A stretch of 64,000 bases of DNA, from NCBI RefSeq assembly GCF_009914755.1, contig NC_060929.1; one strand, given 5' to 3'. The notes beneath the pieces are model-generated. The model worked only from the letters and a program-made list of their open reading frames with translations, was not told the origin of the DNA and did not search any database. Below, piece by piece: positions 1-11,439 of the stretch (positions are counted from its first letter, which is position 1; each line of letters begins with the position of its first letter). Origin of the DNA: the human T2T-CHM13v2.0 reference genome, Homo sapiens. Both the position numbers and the translations under genes were made by a program.

Positions 1-669
1 CTGGGTACATAGGAGATTCATGAAATAGTAATGAGGACTCAGAGTGCATTTTAAACATTTCAAAGGCTCTAACAAATTGCATATTTACTTCTGACAAGAC
101 TCTCTGGATTAACTAAAAAGAATCACATATCTTTACTTTTGTTTTTTCTTAGGTCAACTCAATGTGGTGACATTGCTTATCCCATGGTATTTAGTATTTC
201 TGGCGGTTACTTGTGCCTTTGATTAATAAAGATGGGAAAAATATGTTAATGATGAATGGTATCTGGTAAACAATTTTTTTTGAAAAAACAAAAAACAAAA
301 ACATAGGCTTTATGAGGGAAAAAAGAGCCAAACAGAATCATTGATAAAAAGTACAGAAATGTTTGGTCTCTCTTTCTCACACCGTTTTTCAGATCTGTGA
401 GTATAGTGGTCAGGCATCATGTTTTCTCATCATAATAAACATTTCCCACAGAAACTGACATATGTATAGGATCTGTCAATAATCATGTCTGGGTCGGGAT
501 AACTCTCCAAAAGGTGAATTGCTTAGTGAGGTCCTCAGTTCTTTCAGACCTTTGAGCCTGACTATACCTCGATGTGGCTATTTCTTATAATAATTGAAAT
601 ACACTTCAATAGCTGTAACCAAAGCTGTGCTATCATTGGAAGAGATCTGGAGAAGATATCCTAAACTGG

Positions 670-810
670 CACAGCTAAAAGTGATTTTAGAACGTGATTG
701 GCCAAATCTCTTCATTTTACAGCTGAGGAAACTGAGAGCCAGAAAGGTCATAGAACCCTCTCAAGGTCATGCCACTAGCTAAATTCTGGATCCTAGGTCT
801 CCTTCCCTTT
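670..810 (-). mobile_element. MIR SINE fragment
   Basis: CATTTTACAGCTGAGGAAACTGAGAGCCAGA...CAAGGTCA is the reverse complement of the MIR core. Confidence 0.7.
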
Positions 811-1655
811 AGGCCAAAGCCTCTTTGTTTAATGCGAACCTGCAGAATAGTTTCAAGATGGCCAGGCAGGGAGACTGTGCCATCCATCTTAAAAATCATG
901 CTGGCTTCTGCCAGCTGATGAAGGAAATAAAGTTAATGACGCCCACATAAATGTGATGCTGTCGCAGGACGCGCGAACAGGCTGCCTGGAGGGGAGCTCT
1001 GTGGGTCCTCTGAAGAAGGAAAAAAGGATTTTAATGTACCTTTAAAGGGAGCAGTGTCTCCCCTTTCTGCAATGACAGGGACTCTGGCATCTGTGCCTGC
1101 AGAGTGTTTAGTTTTAGACTGGACACATAAGCACATGATAAACAAGTTCCTGGTGAAGAAATGAAGGCAGCATCACCACTGGTCAATTCATCCTGAACCT
1201 TTGTGGGTATGGGCCCCTGCCTTTGATGAAGATCTTATTAGGGGTTGGAGAGAATGTAGAAGTGTCAGATTCAGTCATTTGAGTTGATTGGTAAGAAAAT
1301 TGAGTCCCCATTAGAGGAAGAGACTTGTTATGCCCATGCTATGGGATGGAAGCAGAGCTGACTCTAGAGGCAGGAGTTCTCAAATTATAGCCCAACTTCT
1401 CTTCCCGCTGCACCACATGGCCGTAACCTCTTTCATAAGACAATCTAAAGAAAACAATTTCCTAAATATCCTCTGCTTAGGTCATTACCAGTTTGGCAAA
1501 TATGCAGAAGTCATGTGCTGATTCATAACTCTATTTACCAGCCTAGGGTCCCTGTCCAACCCGTCCTTCAGGAGCCAAATCGTAACATTTTCTTTTCTCT
1601 TTTTTAAGGTTCCTAAGCCCAAAAAGGGAGTAGACTCTCTTTTTGTTATTTACAG

Positions 1656-1720
1656 TAAGAATACTTAATATAAGGTACTTAATATTAAGTATTCTTAATT
1701 AATCAAATACTTAATTTGAT
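1656..1720. repeat. AT-rich nested inverted repeats
   Basis: 16-bp arms TAAGAATACTTAATAT (1656-1671) and ATATTAAGTATTCTTA (1682-1697); palindrome at 1676-1691; ATCAAAT/ATTTGAT at 1702-1720. Confidence 0.85.
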
Positions 1721-2361
1721 GCTAATACAAACTTGCCCAAGGAACTTCATTCCTTGGAGAAAAGTCCTTGGGCCATGTCAGAAACTCCTAGGCACGTTCT
1801 GCAGTGCCAAAATGCAGCAGGTAAGATTCAAGGTGGAGTACAGCTCTCCTTCAAGAAGGGAAAAATCAAGACAGTCATCTGCCCTTCTTGACAAGCCTGG
1901 AGATGGAGAAGCCACAGGGGCCACCTCAAGGAAAAGCCCATTCACCTTTCAACTGGGTAGGTTTTTTCTTTAGGACTGAGATATGAAACAATGTATTTGT
2001 CATTTTCCTTTTGATCCTAATGTGGATAGAAACATCTTCCCTTCAAGGTTTTGATGACCTTTGTTAGCAGTTGAGTGGCATATTCAGTACAAAATCCAGT
2101 GCAAGGAAGCATCTACTGGGATGGAAGAGGGAAGTAGCACATTAAAGAAAAGCTGATCATCTTTTGGGAAAACCACCCAGGGATTAGATCTGGTTTATCT
2201 CCCTGCCTTTATTCCCTTCTCAAGCACATGCTAGGTCCATTTTTGTTTTATCAGGGTGCTTTATATATTTCATGAGGGGCATTTTCTCAAGGAAGCTAGA
2301 CTTTCCTCCTCGTTATAATTACTACATTGGAGCAGCTGATTAAAAATTTGGTCATTCTGTA

Positions 2362-2573
2362 CTGTGGTTTGAAACCTTGGACAATTTTGTCTCCCCTTTG
2401 CCCAGGATGTATATTTGGCAAGGTCTGGAGACATTTTTTGATGGTCATGACTCAGGGAGGTAGTGCTACTAGCACCAGGGATGCGGCTAAACATCCCACA
2501 ATGCCCAGGACAACTTCCATAACAAAGAATTATCCAGTTAAAAGTGTCAACAGCGCAGAGCTGGAGAAACATG
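2362..2573 (+). mobile_element. MER20 (hAT-Charlie DNA transposon)
   Basis: TTTGGCAAGGTCTGGAGACATTTTT...CCAGGGATGCGGCTAAACATCCCACAATG...AACAAAGAATTATCC...GAGAAAC follows the MER20 consensus. Confidence 0.85.
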
Positions 2574-5321
2574 TGTCTGTTTGAGTTGCTCAGAAGGCAA
2601 GAGAATTTTGGGGTCATACTGGGCCTGACCCAGCCATAAGCCTCTGTAAGGGCTCTGGGGATCAAAGCCAAGTTCACTTCGGCTTGAGAGGACATTTGAA
2701 AGAAACGTGCTTCTACCATTAAAAAAATTTGCCTATTATTTTTGACCAGTCTGGCTACAGGGCCCCATTCTCAAATGAAAATAAGGGAAAACATTTAGGT
2801 TATTGACTCTCAGAATGCCACTTACTGAATTTTAGAACCATAGGTTTTTAAAATATCAAATCAGGAACTTTAGCCAAATCACCCGATCTTACTTATGAAG
2901 ACACAGTTGATGAGCATGCAATGCTTTTTGTCTTCCAGGACCCCATGTTTCCCTTTCTAAGACCCAGTTCCTCCTCTGTGTTGGTACCATATGGGATTTC
3001 CGCCTCATTCACTCGATTTTTGTTTTTGTTTGTTTGTTTTGCTGTTGTTATTGCCATTTCGCTGGTTATGTGCTGATGCAGCATGTCTGTTATTGAGAGC
3101 CTTTCCTAGCCCCCGATTTCCCCAACAAGGTGAGCAGCTGGCATCATTTATTCTAAGGAGTACCTGGGTGACTGAGATGATTGGATTGGCCATTCCAACA
3201 CAGCACCCATCCCCTGGGGAAGAAGGGTTTATTCACATGGAACCTGCTAGAGACCTGCCAGCCTCCATCTACCCCCAAATACATTCTAATAAGTCCTCAC
3301 ATTATAATGCTTCTGTATTTTCACCTGGAATTTTAAAAGTGAGTGACTTAGAAATGAAAATACCAATTGAACAAATACAATCTGCTCACTTTGCTTCCTT
3401 GTGACCTTTTTTTAATCTCTCTGAAAAATTGCTGAATTTCCTGAGTTCAATTATTGTCTGTATTGTGTTTCAAAAATCAACATTTACTCCCCTAATGAAG
3501 TAGCCGTTCCTATATTTTGAAAGTGCAGTGGTGCCACCCACATTTCCAGCTCTCCACAGTTATAACTCTTCTTTCCTTATAAACACGTAGAATTATATCC
3601 CACATCCATTGTAGCTCATGTGTGCGTTCACGCACGTAGGGGAAAGAGATGTAGAATGATGTTTTCTGTTAGGCCACCACCAGCTTAGTTGAAGAATTAA
3701 CACAGTGGATTCATAACCTTATCAAAATGACTACAATCCAGACCTTTTAGACTGAGTCTCCCTTTTGTGAAAGACAATGTCTGGAGAGGAAAATCAAGCA
3801 TTGCATACTGCTCATCAAGAAAAAAAGAGAGAGTGTGTGTGGGGAGAAAGATGTGCTTGGTTCTATTAATTTGCTCTTAAATCTCTCTGGTTCAGTTCTG
3901 TCTCCTGTAGACCAAGCAGAGAATCAATTTGCATACAAATGTTACAAAGTACCCAACCTCCATACATTTGTAGTTCTATTAAATATGCAGGGGATAAAGG
4001 ATCTCATATTATAAATAGAATACTTCCTGCCCTTTCCCCCATAAAGTAGCCACATTTTGATACGTTTCATAAGGCCCTGGATTGTTGTACTTTTTCATTC
4101 TATCTGACTCTCTGACTATTTGCAGTCTGATCTGTGGTCAGGACTCTGTGGCCTACAAAATAATTGTTTGAACAGGAGATTAGAAGCTTTAGCATTGGGT
4201 ATCTCAGATAAGGGGGGATGCCTTTTCTTCATCTCAAGAGACATGAAAAGAGACTGAAATACAGAAACTTACTATTTGAGGGGAGGTGTCATTTAATAAA
4301 CCAGCCAACAGATTAGTCAAATCAGCAATTCCTATGAACTGTAATAAAACAAAAATTATTTGCTGTTTTATGTTGGGAGAGGGTAATATTTGGTGACCAC
4401 TTATTTTTAAAAACAATTTGGAGTGGGTTTTTCAAATGACTGTTAATCCAATGCCACAGTAAAATATGAGAGGCAGGCATCTAAAATGAGGAAGATTAAT
4501 GATCCCTGCATGTCATGGAAGAAGAATAATGTTTTTCAATTCATATAAGTGGAATTTATCATAGCCATCTCTGAAGATGGTATGATTCACACACTTACTA
4601 AAGGACTATCTATTTCAATGCTTCTTAAAGAGGTGATTTTTCACTTTTCACTTCTACTAACATAAGAAAGACAAGTCTTCAGGCAGAAAATTTTAACCTG
4701 AGAGACAGTGGATGGGATAACTCAGCTGTTGAGTCAAATATAAGCATAAATTTAAAAACAAAGCAAATGAAGATTGCTCATGAGTTCAGGATCTACAGCT
4801 AACAGAGTTTGGAAAGGTGGGTTGGGGAAAGAGGCAGTCAAAGTTTCAAAAGGGAAATGTTTCCCAGTATGTTCCTAAATAGATCCACTCTGCACCCAAG
4901 TTCAGGGCTTTACACACTGAGGTTATAATACTATTGTTTCCAAGCACTCAGCCTTAGTAATCCCCCTCCCTCTTCGCAGAAAAAGAAAACAACAGCAAAA
5001 AAGGACAGAAAATGAAATGATCTGTGTCCAGCGAGTTTGAGTGCAACCTTCCCCGTCACCGCTAGTTGTCACTTGGCTCCCAGACGGGAAAGCTGAGGTT
5101 TTCGGCACTGCGGTTAGGGAGAATGCAGTCCTAATTAAACTGAGTAACTCCTAAAGCTTCCCTTTAAAGTCCTCAGCCGAGTGAAAGCCAACATGCAGTG
5201 GGGCTGGGGACCAATAGTGGGGGGTGTAGCAGACAGAAGGACAAACAAACCGTAAGAAACAGGCAAACAGCTGCCAGAACAGCGACTGTCTCAGACCTCC
5301 ACGCACAAGCCAGACACCCTG

Positions 5322-5378
5322 CGGGCGGGGGTGGGGTGGGTGGCGGGGGGTGGGAGGGGGGAGAAGGGAGACGGGGGA
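5322..5378 (+). other. G-quadruplex-forming tract
   Basis: GGGCGGGGGTGGGGTGGGTGGCGGGGGGTGGGAGGGGGGAGAAGGG: many G3+ runs with short loops. Confidence 0.75.
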
Positions 5379-5426
5379 TGGAAGGACCCGATTGCAGTGG
5401 AATACAGCACCCCTCTTCCCCAAAAT

Positions 5427-5447
5427 GATGGGACCACGGACAGAGGT
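5427..5447 (+). promoter_or_regulatory. RE1-like partial site (ACCACGGACAG) with a detached left half CAGCACC at 5405-5411
   Basis: GATGGGACCACGGACAGAGGT compared with consensus TTCAGCACCACGGACAGCGCC. Confidence 0.4.
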
Positions 5448-5735
5448 AGCCTCCGTACTCTTTCCCCCCATTTCCATCAGAGCGATGTGGTCAGTAGAAA
5501 ATTGCATACCTGAAGAATACAATGGTCTCCCAAAGGTAGAGTCGAAGAGTATTGAAGCTGTACATTTTTCAGGTCCTTGTGCTTTGTAGTCCACGAGTTA
5601 TGGGGGCAAAAATGTTTCAAATTGGCACTTACAAAACCAGAAAGCGCTATTGCAAAAAATAATCCAGATGTTAAAGGGAGGCGGGGAACAGGGGCGCGGA
5701 GGGAGAGCCCCAGGGGAAATTGGAGCGAGGGGGTC

Positions 5736-5756
5736 GTAGATACCACGGACAGCGGC
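5736..5756 (+). promoter_or_regulatory. RE1-like site (intact right part)
   Basis: GTAGATACCACGGACAGCGGC; 13 contiguous matches (ACCACGGACAGCG) to the RE1 consensus. Confidence 0.55.
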
Positions 5757-5769
5757 GGCTACGAGGCGT

Positions 5770-5790
5770 TTCAGCACCACGGAGAGCGTC
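5770..5790 (+). promoter_or_regulatory. Canonical RE1/NRSE (REST binding site)
   Basis: TTCAGCACCACGGAGAGCGTC, 19/21 identical to TTCAGCACCACGGACAGCGCC. Confidence 0.9.
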
Positions 5791-5899
5791 CAGACCTGCT
5801 TTTCAGGAGCGCGAAGAGTATTGCTGTTTGTTAAACTCCAGCGTGTCTGTTGGCTCCCTGCGGCGCTGGGGAGGCACGTTTGGGGGTGGGTATATTTCC

Positions 5900-5917
5900 T
5901 TTTTTTTTTTTTTTTTT
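5900..5917. repeat. poly(T) tract inside the CpG island
   Basis: Run of about 18 T. Confidence 0.9.
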
Positions 5918-6288
5918 AAACCCCTGTTTTTCTGTTTAAACGGCCAGCTCCCTGCAAGGAAAAAAATCTTCTGTGGAGATCAGAGCGCTGGCCTCGGACC
6001 GTTGGATTGGGCGAGCATCTTGGGTAAAGAGAACAGAGCTTTATGGCTCTGGGCCGGCCTGAGGGGGTTAGGGGCGAGGGGAAAGCGGTTGACGGCGCTG
6101 CCTTCAGTTAAATCTCGGAGAGTGTGCCAGGCTGGCGCATCGCAATCCAGTCTCGGAATCTCGTTCTCCTGCCTCTGTGCGGGTCTGCTGTCGCCTTGCT
6201 ATTCCTGTTTCCTGGTCCCCGCCGAATAAGTTGTGATCACTGCAGAAAAGGTGTCCCATTGCTCGGGGCCGCAGGCGTCAGAGAGCCC

Positions 6289-6297
6289 AGGGCAAGT
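6289..6297 (+). other. Candidate GC-type 5' splice donor of the first exon
   Basis: CCCAGG|GCAAGT at the 3' edge of the CpG core; matches the donor consensus apart from GC for GT. Confidence 0.35.
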
Positions 6298-8977
6298 TTC
6301 AGGGGCTACCGGGGTCCCTGGCTACCCCGCGGGGCTCTGAAGCCCAATGTCTCAGATGCATCTCGGTTTTCTGAGCTCGCTCATCTTCCCTTGGTCAAGA
6401 CTCCTTCAGATCTTCAGACTTTCTTACTGCATTAATTTAACAAACTGGAGGCGTGGGGGATGGGAGGGGTGATAGCCGATGGGAGGGGGTTGAGGGGGAA
6501 AAAAAAAGGGGGAAAACTCCTTAGTATCTTCAAACCCTCCCACTCGAGGTGTTCATTGGCCCGCGGCTACGAAAACCAGATCTTCTCCCGGTATTCGGCC
6601 AATAGCCTGTTAGACTCCGGGTTGAATTTAACGCTTAGAGTGCTGGACGAGATCTGCGCAATCCCCTTCCTACCCCCAAGCTTCTTTCCGTGTAAGCGGT
6701 GGGGTGAGAGAGGATATGGAATTAATCTCTCTAGGTCTCTCAAAAGGTTGCCTTGATTTTTAAAGAATGCAGTTGTATGTGAGTAAAACACATGGTTCCT
6801 TGTTAAGACGTGCTCTGGGCTCAATTTATCCTTTTAAAAGGGAAGAGTTGAACCAGATCCCTGATTTTTTTTTAAAAGAGCTCTGAAGTTATAATATTTG
6901 GCCCTAGAAAGAAAGGAGGAATATCCAAAAAGAAGTCTGGTGGATAAAGACCCCCTCCAGGGTCACCGCAGCAGGGAAATACGAGAGAAATTCTTTGAGC
7001 AGTTTCCAGCGTTGAGTGGGAGGTGTTGTGGCTGGCACCCTTTTGAGAGGGAATAAAAGCACCTTCTTCCAACTGGACAGGAGACAGTTTTATTCGCCTT
7101 TTATATGCTGGGGAAACTGAGCCTCACAGAGCTGTGGCTTGCTCCAAATTGATGGCAGAGCCAAGTTGTACACACAGGGATGTGTTATGACTCACATTTC
7201 GTTATTTCTTCCTCTGTTTTCCCACCTTATTTGAATCTTAGAAACCAGCTATACATTTCACTGTAAAGCCCATCTGGTGAGATGGAGTTAATCAGATTTT
7301 CCCCAAGCTGTGGGACTATAGGATAAATACTTTAAAGGATTTTCTGGCTGATTTGAACTCATTGGGACTCTGGGGACTCTCTCGCCCAAGGCTACTGAGA
7401 GAGGACAACCCCTCCTCCTTACCCAATAACGTTAGAAACTCCTTTGGCTGATCTCCCAAGAATACTCATCAGCTCAGCTCCCTCCAAGGCTAGGCCTTCT
7501 CCCAAGCAAAAAGGATCTGAAAAGTCTTGTTTACTAGCCTCTTACCAGTAGGATTTCCCCTCCCCTCCCCCTGTACTACAAAAGCATACCCCACACTACC
7601 GGTTCTGTTATTGGCTCCCACAGTCTAGAATTTCCATGATATTCTGCATAGTGACTGAAAAGGAAATTTTGTTTTGAAGGTGTATATTAATATGAGTTGG
7701 ATACAAATTTAAATATAATGTATAATATATGTATTTTTATATATGTAATCAAGAGCTAACCTTTATTAGCATGGTTTCTATGTGTCAGAAATTACTGTGA
7801 ATTCACATAATCTCATTTACTTTTCACAGTCAAACCTTGAGGTAAGTATTATCTTTGCGTATGTGTTTGTGTACATTTGTGAGTATGCTAGGGCAAAACC
7901 AGCTTGTAGGTTACTGTGTATACAAATTTATTTATGATTTGTATCGTGCCTAATTCTGAAGTGATTTTGATATGCATATGTGTATTTGTACGTTTGTATT
8001 TGTAAATGGGTCTTTCTCTACATACACATAGATGTGTATGTATCTATGTGTGTCTTTGTGGTGGTCCTAGAAGTACTGAAACAAGCCGTAAGCTGGCAAT
8101 TTTGTCCTGGTCCCTCATCTGACTAGGAAATACCTGCATAGCCAGGTGTGATGCAGTATGTGGAAATTTGTTTTTCTTTTCCTTCAAGGGGTGCTGAGTG
8201 TGTGTTGCTGTTCATGAGTGTGAGTGGCTCCAAGGCTGTGGCCTGTGCAGGAGGTAAGAGTAATTATTACCTGGGGTGGTGGAGGGGCACCTGTTTGTTA
8301 ATAGGCCTCTGTTTACTATGAGGCTGATACTTTCATTTAATCATTACACATGAAATGAGCATGTGCCAAGTATTGGGGATATGACAGTATGTAAGATAAA
8401 CAACACAGTATATACTGATAGTGTATAAAATAAACAGTATATAAGATAAACTTTTGGAACATGCAGTTGCTTCAGAAGTTCAGTGGGAAGAGTCCCTCAT
8501 GTTAATCTACACTTTTTACCCTACATATCACATATTTATGCCTGTACAGATCTTTTTGTTCTTGTTTAGGTCACTATTGAAAATAAACAACTGTGGGCTT
8601 GGCCGTCAGGGATTTATGTCCTTATTTTATCTCTGCTTCAAAAAGGTTGGTTATGTTGGATAAATGACTAAACTCCAGGCCTAAGTGAAATGAGGGTAGT
8701 AATGCCACTTTTCTCACTGCAAGAAACTGCATAGAATAAATATTTAAGTCTAACCTTATTGTAGCTTACCATGCTATGAAACAAAAATCTTCAAGGAATG
8801 GAATGGATTGGCTTCAGCTAATGGCTCATTTCTATTGGTAACTTTTCTGTGTAGTCTGACTCCAGCGTAGTTCTAATACTTGACTGGTCTCTTATAGATC
8901 CTAGTAGCCAGATTTGAGCCCTACTAAGTATGAATAAATTTTGACACATGGTGAGACTTATTTTATTACTAGAAAAG

Positions 8978-9565
8978 ATTCATTATTTTATTCATTCAAC
9001 AAACATTTATTGAGCATTTACTGTGTATCTGGTACTATTCTTGGCACTGGGGATATAGCAGGGAACAAAACAAGCCAAGAGCCCTATTCTAAAGGTATGC
9101 ATCTTCTATTGGAGGAAAACAAGACAAACAAGGAAATATATGATGAGTTAGGCAGTCATAAGAATTAAAAAGAAAAAGGCAGGGCAGAGAGTGGCATGGA
9201 GGTGCTATTTTATGTAAGGTGATCATATCAGAGAATGGCTCCTGAAAAGGCATTTATGTAATTGAAGGAAGTGAAGGAATGAGTCATGTGAACCTTGGGG
9301 GCAGGTATGGAAAGCTTTCTAAGCAGTGGGAAAAGCAAATGTAAAAGCCCGGAGAGGGGAGTATGTTTGGAGCGTACAAGAAACAGCATGGAGACCAGTG
9401 TGCCTGGACAGAGTGAGTGCAGGGAACAGTGATAGAAGATGAGATTAGAGAGGAAGTTGGGGACTAGAGCAGGTACTACCTCCAAGAATAAAATTTCTGG
9501 GATGGCAGGAGCAAAATGAAAGCAGGGAGACTAGTTAGGAGCTACTGAAAAAGTCCATGTGAGAA
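8978..9565 (-). mobile_element. L2 LINE 3' portion
   Basis: TTCATTCAACAAACATTTATTGAGCATTTACTGTG... is the antisense L2 3' end, followed by a typical purine-rich L2 body. Confidence 0.85.
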
Positions 9566-10804
9566 ATTCTTTAAGATAGTCTTGTTCAACATTTCGAGTA
9601 CAGAAGAGGAAAATTATATACAGAGAGGTTAATAGACTTACCCCTTAGACTCATAGCGCAGCTGGGACAAGAACACAAGCACCCTAATTATAGCTAAAGG
9701 GTGTTTCAACTATTTTTTTGTTTGTTTCAATTAAGATAAAGGAAATGCAGAAAGAAAGTCAGGAAAATCTATGAGGGAAGAGAGTTTACCCGTTTTTATT
9801 ACTAATATATACTGATATATATCACATATCAGTATCAGATACTAAGGGCTCAGTAAATATTTATTGCAAGGATGAATGAGTGAATAAACAAAAGAACAAA
9901 AAGATTCAGGCAGAGGACACAAATACAGGGGAAAGAGAGTAAGGAATATTGTTAATCAGCTGAGATTATGTTGTCCTGAGCCAGCTAATGTAATTAATAT
10001 AATGCCAAGCCTCTGTCCATAATGGCATTCACAGAGGAGAGTGCTGTATGTTTCAACACTGCTTTGACAGGCCTGAAAGATACTTTGCAAAGACAGATAG
10101 ATATTTGGAACAACTGAGCAGCTTGCCTAATTGTGCTGTAGTATGATGAATAAAGGCCTGAAAATGGGACTGTGGAAGAGTCTTTTCTCCAAAGAATTAG
10201 AGGCTTGCTGCCAGCTCTTTCTAATCCTTCTAATCCTAATCCAGAATGCTCTTGTTACTTTTTTTTTTTTTTTTTTTTACAAAGCAATTACCTGTTCTTT
10301 ATCCTTTAAAGAAGGGACCCCAGAACTACTTGGGGGATCTCAGTGACACCAGAATTTTAGTTGTAAAGAATAGATGCATAAAATACTAAGAGACCTTTCC
10401 TCCCATTTCACTAGCTATTCAAGGTCCAGGAAAGGGGGAACGACTGGCTTAAGATACCACAACAAAACTGAATCTAGATTGGAGGACTCCTATCTTTCAG
10501 GTCATGGTTCCCTACCCTTTTTTCTGTGAGACCTAAAATAACAGAAGTGGAGCTAAGATCTGTGATGAAAAATGCTTCATATCAAAGCTGACCTGCTCAG
10601 AGACCAGAGACTCCCCAATTTTCTTTTGTAGCCAAGTCTATACTTGTACTTGGTGCTCTAACAGCTTACTGTTTGTGAGAAAATTTTAGCGATCTCCCTG
10701 TGCCTCATTTCCATCTTTCTCTCAAACTATCTCTGCCTCTTTTTTCTACTTTCTTCTCATCTGTCCTTACATGTTATTTCATGTTTATTCAGTCAGTTTT
10801 TCTC

Positions 10805-11100
<296 letters not shown>

Positions 11101-11439
11101 AGTCAGTTTTTCTCATTGGATCTCTCATCTCCTACTGTGTCCATAAAGACTTTCGGGATTAAGAAGGCTTGACATAGTATATACTTTTACTGAGTTTGTT
11201 CATTCACTCAAAGCCTTGTTCATTTATTAAAAAAACATATATATCTTGAACACTGGTTGTGTGTCTGACACTGTGCTGAGGTTTTACATGTCTAAATAAA
11301 GATCAGTTTTTAATAAATATTTATTAAGTACTTTCTGTGTGCTAGGAACTTTGGAAAATGATAGCACAAGAAAAGCATAATCAGTGTCATTGGAAGGAAG
11401 GAGGTGATAAAAGAGATTCCTGTACTGCGTATTTAAAAA

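Larger units (their letters stand above)
5030..6750 (+). promoter_or_regulatory. CpG island / probable promoter and non-coding first exon (core ~5690-6330)
   Basis: Abrupt rise in GC and CpG density against a CpG-depleted background; GC box GGGAGGCGGGG ~5676; CCAAT boxes ~5211, ~6007 (ATTGG), ~6555 (ATTGG), ~6599; repeat-free. The + direction is inferred from donor motifs and downstream repeat strand bias. Confidence 0.85.

Noticed and set aside
5151-6824. ORFs of up to 169 aa across the CpG island
   Set aside because: Mostly non-ATG starts, low complexity (poly-F, G/R/P-rich) and no domain resemblance; expected in GC-rich DNA
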